Origin: Octopus bimaculoides
Lineage: Eukaryota
Assembly (NCBI RefSeq): GCF_001194135.2
Contig: NC_068986.1
Span: 110,085,352 to 110,140,426, forward strand
Direction: 5' to 3'
DNA: 55,075 bases
Shown here: one piece after another, positions 49,208 to 55,075 of the stretch
How the letters are laid out: each line of letters begins with the position of its first letter
Numbering within the stretch: position 1 is the first letter of the stretch
Translations under genes and position numbers: made by a program
Notes under the pieces: generated by a model
The model's input: the letters and a program-made list of their open reading frames with translations, nothing else
The model's database searches: none
Told to the model about the DNA's origin: nothing

Positions 49208-49872
49208 ATCTCTCTCTCTCTATTTCTCTGTCTGTCTGTCATTGTCTGTCTGTCTCCGTCTGTCTGTCTCTGTCTGTCTGTCTCTGTCTGTCTGTCTCTG
49301 TCTGACTGTCTGTCTCTGTCTGTCTGTCTGTCTGTCTTCTGTCTGTCTGTCTTTCTCTCTGTATATATATATATATATNNNNNNNNNNNNNNNNNNNNNN
49401 NNNNNNNNNNNNNNNNNNNNNNNNNNNNNNNNNNNNNNNNNNNNNNNNNNNNNNNNNNNNNNNNNNNNNNNNNNNNNNNNNNNNNNNNNNNNNNNNNNNN
49501 NNNNNNNNNNNNNNNNNNNNNNNNNNNNNNNNNNNNNNNNNNNNNNNNNNNNNNNNNNNNNNNNNNNNNNNNNNNNNNNNNNNNNNNNNNNNNNNNNNNN
49601 NNNNNNNNNNNNNNNNNNNNNNNNNNNNNNNNNNNNNNNNNNNNNNNNNNNNNNNNNNNNNNNNNNNNNNNTTCATGAGATGAGAAGCGAAATTGATGCC
49701 ATCGTAAAATAACGTTCTGTATTAGAAAGGTTATTATATTTTTATACGAATTTGGAGAAAAAAAAACAGGTATCGTTGAGAGTAAGGGAATACGAAAGTG
49801 GTGAGATTGGATATCGACATAAGTTTGTATATTCTTTTCTTTTTTACAGTAGGCACAAAGCGCGAAAGTTTT

Positions 49873-50024
49873 GGGGAGAGGGGCCTGTCGATTAGATCGA
49901 CCTCAGTACGCAACTGGTACTTAATTTATCGACCCCGAAAGGATAAAAGGCAAAGGCGACCTCGGCGGAATTTGAACTCAGAATGTAAAGACAGAAGAAA
50001 TACCGCTAAGCATTTCGTCCGACG
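49873..50024 (-). mobile_element. SINE family A, partial
   Basis: TCGACCCCGAAAGG..GGCGGAATTTGAACTCAG is the reverse complement of the family A core. Confidence 0.88.
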
Positions 50025-51069
50025 TCATAAGTTTGTATATTATCATGTCCAAGATGTGTTACTACTAATAAGGAGAACTGATTTTGTGGGGTTAGTGTAT
50101 CTTGTGGAGAATTCTCGAAATTGGGTTTGTAATATTTGAATGGAAACTATGGGTATTGCAAAAATTATTGTATTCTTCATGAGATTTCTTCGCTTCTGAG
50201 TTGATATCCTATAAAGTTAGAAATCTGTCTTTTTTTTCTTTTGTTGTTGATGTTAATTACATTAGATAAAAATTTATGCAGTTTGTGTCTGTAAATTTGA
50301 TAAAGGTTTCAGATTTATCAAATACAATAAAAACATCATTAGTGTCGTGAAACTTTTTAATTTAGATTTTAAATCTTGAAATTTGATCGTACGTTGCTTA
50401 CACATAATGTTCTAAATCAATTTGGGTTCCTTCAAATGTTTGTAAAAGTTACACATTGAGAGAAGTAGTTATTTGAAGCCCGATATGTCAGTCTTTTTTA
50501 TTAAATGTTTAGTGTTTTAAAGGAGACATTTCAAACAAAATTAAGACTAGTGCAGTATTTTTGGAAGATAGAACTAGGGGTTCTTTCATAATTTAAGTAT
50601 AATAATGTTGTCTGAAAGTGCTCTACCAAGAGAAGTGTGATCGAAATATCTCTACATAGCACAAATAGGCAGCAATAATTATATGATGCTTGATAAATGG
50701 CACTCTATGGCACTCTATGTACAATAACATTTTTCAGTTCACAAAGGGGTTCTATAGAGAGGGTTATTTACCATTATGCTATGTACGGAATTGGACTTAA
50801 TTACAGGCATTAGTATTCAATTTCTTAACTTATTTTTGCCAAACGGTTTGTGGCTTTTAGTAAGGAGTTTCATTCTAATTTCTACGCAGACAATTACAAA
50901 TATGTGCTCCGTCCCTAAAAGACGCAACAAAAACACTAGAACTATGCGGTTCATGAAAAAGGAGGTTATATAAGGAGGGGGTGTATGGAGTTGTCTGCTA
51001 TCCTTAATTTAATTACACACGTGCTACTGGTTAGAAACTGAGATGTATAAAGAAAAAAACTCTATGCAA

Positions 51070-51370
51070 ACCACGTATGTGCTTTCTGGCACATCCACAA
51101 AAGTAAAGCCACTAAGTTGGTTAGTCGCTAACGGGGTTTGAAAATCAACTTCATGCCTCATACAATTAAGACGCAAATCGACGAAAAATCCATCTCGTAT
51201 GTTAATGGTTCTAAGATATGCAACTATTGCGTAGCTGAAAGATTGCATAATCGTTTTAGATCTAAGAATATCACTGCATTACTGAATTCCAGATCAGAAA
51301 TTTTCAGCAAATGCAAAGTAAGGACAAATTCTTTTTGGCAAATTGGAGGACACCATTCTCACCGGATTGG
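51070..51370 (+). mobile_element. Penelope-like GIY-YIG C-terminus (cysteine-containing type)
   Basis: HKSKATKL..SYVNGSKICNYCVAE..LLNSRSEIFSKCK matches the CxLCxxEK..LNxRxE..KC end of PLE proteins. Confidence 0.75.
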
Positions 51371-51592
51371 GCAGCTGTATCGCAGACGTTGGACACGTCT
51401 TCATTCTGTAACAAATTGATATATTATGGAAAGGATACTTAAATCTGATTTTCCTTCTTTTTTTCCATTATCCGTTTTGATTTTACCTTTCAACTTCTTG
51501 CATCCACCTCGATATTTTCTCGTGACATCTCTTGTTCTAGACTCCTGATTTGTAAACTGTATAAGCCATCTGCTCAGAGCACATGACCTATG

Positions 51593-52433
51593 TGAGGGGA
51601 TACCCAAAAGAAACCGTAATTTTACAATGTTATTTTATTCACTTAATTTTACATGTTTACACTTTTATCGCCCTCAAATTATTATCCATTTGGCATCTGT
51701 CCAGACCTGTTTTCCAGTATTCAAAGCAATCCTGGAAATCTTGCCAAGTGATGCCTTTTAACGTCCCCCGTTGTTTTTATCTTCTCTTCATCATCTGCAC
51801 AACGTTTGCCTTGAAAGACTTTTTTCATTTCGGGAACAGAAAAATGTCACAGAGAGCAAAATCAACTTCCAACTGTTTCCGACTACTTTTTTTCTTCCGT
51901 GAGAAAGCGAGGCACAAATTCTGCTGCAACTCTTTTCCTTCATAATTCCTCGCTCAAAACTCGTTGGTAGGAGTTCCAGGATACACCGGTCACCTCACCA
52001 AGTTCGTCGAGTGTTCGGCGATGATGCTCCAAGATCAGTTCATGAATATTTGTGATGTTTTCATTCTTTCAAGAGGTTGATGGTCGTCCTGAACGAGGTT
52101 GGTCTTCAAGTGACAAGAGAACATGCCTAAAGCGTGAAAACGTTTTGTTCATGGCAGCGTCATTGTAAGCCGTTTGGAGCATGAAAACTGTTTCGGACGC
52201 TGTTTTCCCCAGCAGAAAACAGAATTTCACGGAAACATGCTGTTCTTATGTTACAGCCGTCGCAAGAGTCGACGAACAGGAAAGAAGCAGTGCAAAAGAA
52301 AGACACACCAGGTGGCAGTATAACCCAATTGAATAACGCCGGTAGGCAGATTGATGCCTGAGGATCGCATCAAGTGGCTACAACGGGCGTGTCCCATAGA
52401 GAAGGGTCTCGTTTATTTTTGGATACCTCCTCG
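51593..52433 (-). mobile_element. Internally deleted mariner, same family as 22588-23459
   Basis: Both TIRs present (GAGGGGATACCCAAAA and GGATACCTCCTCG-TA); VAAEFVPRFLTEE..QLEV joined to DFALCDIFLFPK. Confidence 0.85.
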
Positions 52434-52651
52434 TAGATTGCTTAGAGATATAAGGCATGCTATTAAACCTTGCCTGGATTACATCTCAATGCATGAAACT
52501 ATTAGAATTTGTACCTGTATTCTGCGCACATTTAATTACATACATATATATATATATATATATANNNNNNNNNNNNNNNNNNNNNNNNNNNNNNNNNNNN
52601 NNNNNNNNNNNNNNNNNNNNNNNNNNNNNNNNNNNNNNNNNNNNNNNNNNN

Positions 52652-53270
52652 AGACACCCACATAGATTACACATCCGATTTGTACCACCAATAGCTGTAG
52701 ATAAGTTCTGATCTTTGTGGATCTTAAAATGGTTTTTGTGTCCTCCGTTGGATTTACAAACCTTCTGGCATACACTGCATTGAAAGGTGTGCAGAGACTT
52801 ATAGGCAGAATAGTTGATGGAGGTTTGTTTTTCATGGGTTCACAAATGAGATTTGAGCCCAGCAAAAGACAGACATGGTCTGTCACAAACTGTGCACACA
52901 AAAAGGTCATTGTGATTCACCTTCTTAATCGTAACATCCTTCTTAAAATCTCTCTTGAGTCGTGCATGCGTTATCCTGGCCTCTTCAAACACTTTCACTA
53001 CACTCTACACTTTTGTTCGCCATCCAGCTCGATCCGAAGCAAGGGTTTCTATATTTTCTAGAACCATTCCAAGTGACTTCATGGTAGTCCTTATGCCGTC
53101 CCTAAAACATTACACCGATAAGGTTTCCTCTCTGGAAGCTCACCATAAAACAACTGTTTGGGTGTGCATTCATCCGCCATTCGAACAATATGGCCACACC
53201 ATCTCATTTGGTTTTTCAGAATCATTGCTTTAATTGAGGTGATGCCTACAGACGCAAGGACATCTGTGTA
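52652..53270 (-). mobile_element. RTE-clade LINE C-terminal region
   Basis: TDVLASVGITSIKAMILKNQMRWCGHIVRMADECTPKQLFYGEL, then FQCSVCQKVCKSNGGHKNHFKIH and CNLCGC. Confidence 0.9.
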
Positions 53271-53336
53271 TACATACACAAACATGCATGCATACATACA
53301 TACGCACATACATACATTCATACATACATACATATA

Positions 53337-53367
<31 letters not shown>

Positions 53368-53912
53368 NNNNNNNNNNNNNNNNNNNNNNNNNNNNNNNNN
53401 NNNNNNNNNNNNNNNNNNNNNNNNNNNNNNNNNNNNNNNNNNNNNNNNNNNNNNNNNNNNNNNNNNNNNNNNNNNNNNNNNNNNNNNNNNNNNNNNNNNN
53501 NNNNNNNNNNNNNNNNNNNNNNNNNNNNNNNNNNNNNNNNNNNNNNNNNNNNNNNNNNNNNNNNNNNNNNNNNNNNNNNNNNNNNNNNNNNNNNNNNNNN
53601 NNNNNNNNNNNNNNNNNNNNNNNNNNNNNNNNNNNNNNNNNNNNNNNNNNNNNNNNNNNNNNNNNNNNNNNNNNNNNNNNNNNNNNNNNNNNNNNTGTTT
53701 AAATTCTTAAATATACTCAAATACCCAAAATTTCAAGGAGTTCCTGCCTTAAAAACAGGAACTAAACCACAGTTATTTTGTGTTCTTTGCTACATAGGTT
53801 TCTATTAACCCATTTATTCTATCAGAGGAATTTTTATTCATTAAGATAGAAGAAATACACATAATTATATATATATATATATATATGGATGTATGTATGA
53901 ATGCATATGTGT

Positions 53913-53964
<52 letters not shown>

Positions 53965-54786
53965 TTCTCTCTCTCTCTCTCTCTATCTATCTGTCTGTCT
54001 GTTTGTCTGTCTTACTGGTCATATATAAATATATGTATATGCACAGTATACTATCGGCTATCGTGTAGTTTACCTAAAAACGATACCCTCTCTGTTCTTA
54101 GAAGGGAACAAATATATACATCATATACACACATATAAACATACAAACACAAATACACGCACATGTATAGTTAAAGAAGGTTTTTACATTTATACAATAT
54201 GAAATTCAGTCAGACTGTTTCATGACATCAGTTGGCATCATGACTATGAATTGAAAGTCTTCAAAATTATATTTGCAAGAATGTGCACACTCATGCACGC
54301 GCACTCACGCTCCCCACATATTTATATGTATGTGTGTGTGAGTATACAGACATAAACATACGCACATACAATATTCATGTATATCATGCCCTCATATATC
54401 AATATGAATTTATGCACACGGTCAAATTTATGTTTATGGTAAAACCATTCGCATTTCTGATAGTGTTGAATCGATGCCGCTGTAGCCACGCTGGAGCACC
54501 TCATTACAAAATCGCTCGTTTTTCCTCATTTCACTCTCTGTTTTCTATTTATTTATATACGTTCTCTTTCAACTGTTTATTTGTTGTTTCATGTATTCTG
54601 ATAGTCAAGTTCCTTTCATGTAATTGATCTTTTTCTCTTACTCGTCTTCTCCTTCTTCGACTACTGATCTTTGGTATTGTCTAATACACTGATATGTCTG
54701 TCAATGGAAGCAAGTTCTGCAGAGTATCAGTCTGGAAGTAATGTGTTATACGGAATATCGTAACGATTGCTGGAGTGAGTGCTGAA

Positions 54787-54854
54787 CTAGATGAGTTTTG
54801 CCTTCTTGAGAATAAGAGAAACAACGAATGCAGTGCCGCTGGCGACGATGGTGG
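54787..54854 (-). CDS. Candidate terminal coding exon of a membrane protein (hydrophobic helix plus KxKxx)
   Basis: Acceptor TTCGTTCGTCCTTTTCCTCAG; xTIVASGTAFVVSLILKKAKLI*; C-ending codons in an AT-rich context; AATAAA at 54576-81 and 54548-53 (minus). Confidence 0.5.
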
Positions 54855-55075
54855 CTGAGGAAAAGGACGAACGAATAGACTCAAAATAACGCACACAAAC
54901 ACACACACACACACACACAAACACACACCCACACATACACACACACACAAACACACACACACACATGCACATTTGGAATAAATGTAATTCCAGCAAGTCC
55001 ATTCTTCACTTGTTTTATACATAAATAAGAATGTTTATATATATGTATACCTTGGTTCTTTCCCCTATATATATA

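Overview
Eukaryotic, AT-rich, gene-poor draft scaffold with many N-gaps, most of them next to (TA)n tracts. The microsatellite spectrum and SINE sequences strongly resemble an Octopus-type cephalopod genome (recognised from memory, not searched). Almost every ORF in the supplied track is a microsatellite or gap artefact. The real content is layered transposable-element debris: four Tc1/mariner lineages (a near full-length mellifera-type DD34D mariner with TIRs and TA target duplication, an irritans-type fragment, two internally deleted copies of a third family, and a DD41D rosa-type element); RLE-type (R4/Dong-like) LINEs; RTE, CR1-like and L1/Tx1 LINE fragments; Penelope-like GIY-YIG ends with decayed hammerhead-like motifs; a Helitron 3' end; and at least four tRNA-type SINE families, several nested with target-site duplications. 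No complete host gene, rRNA, true tRNA gene or CRISPR array is visible. The best host-gene candidate is a minus-strand terminal exon at 54787-54854 (hydrophobic helix plus KxKxx). I found no demonstrable new biological system. The best leads are the mariner whose ORF-breaking lesions are all A-to-I-rescuable (chance is a strong alternative), TAA-repeat-flanked Dong-like LINEs, a microsatellite-carrying SINE, hammerhead relics and an RTE ending in two C2H2 fingers. Coordinates were counted by eye; element edges may be off by a few bases unless a TIR or TSD is quoted.
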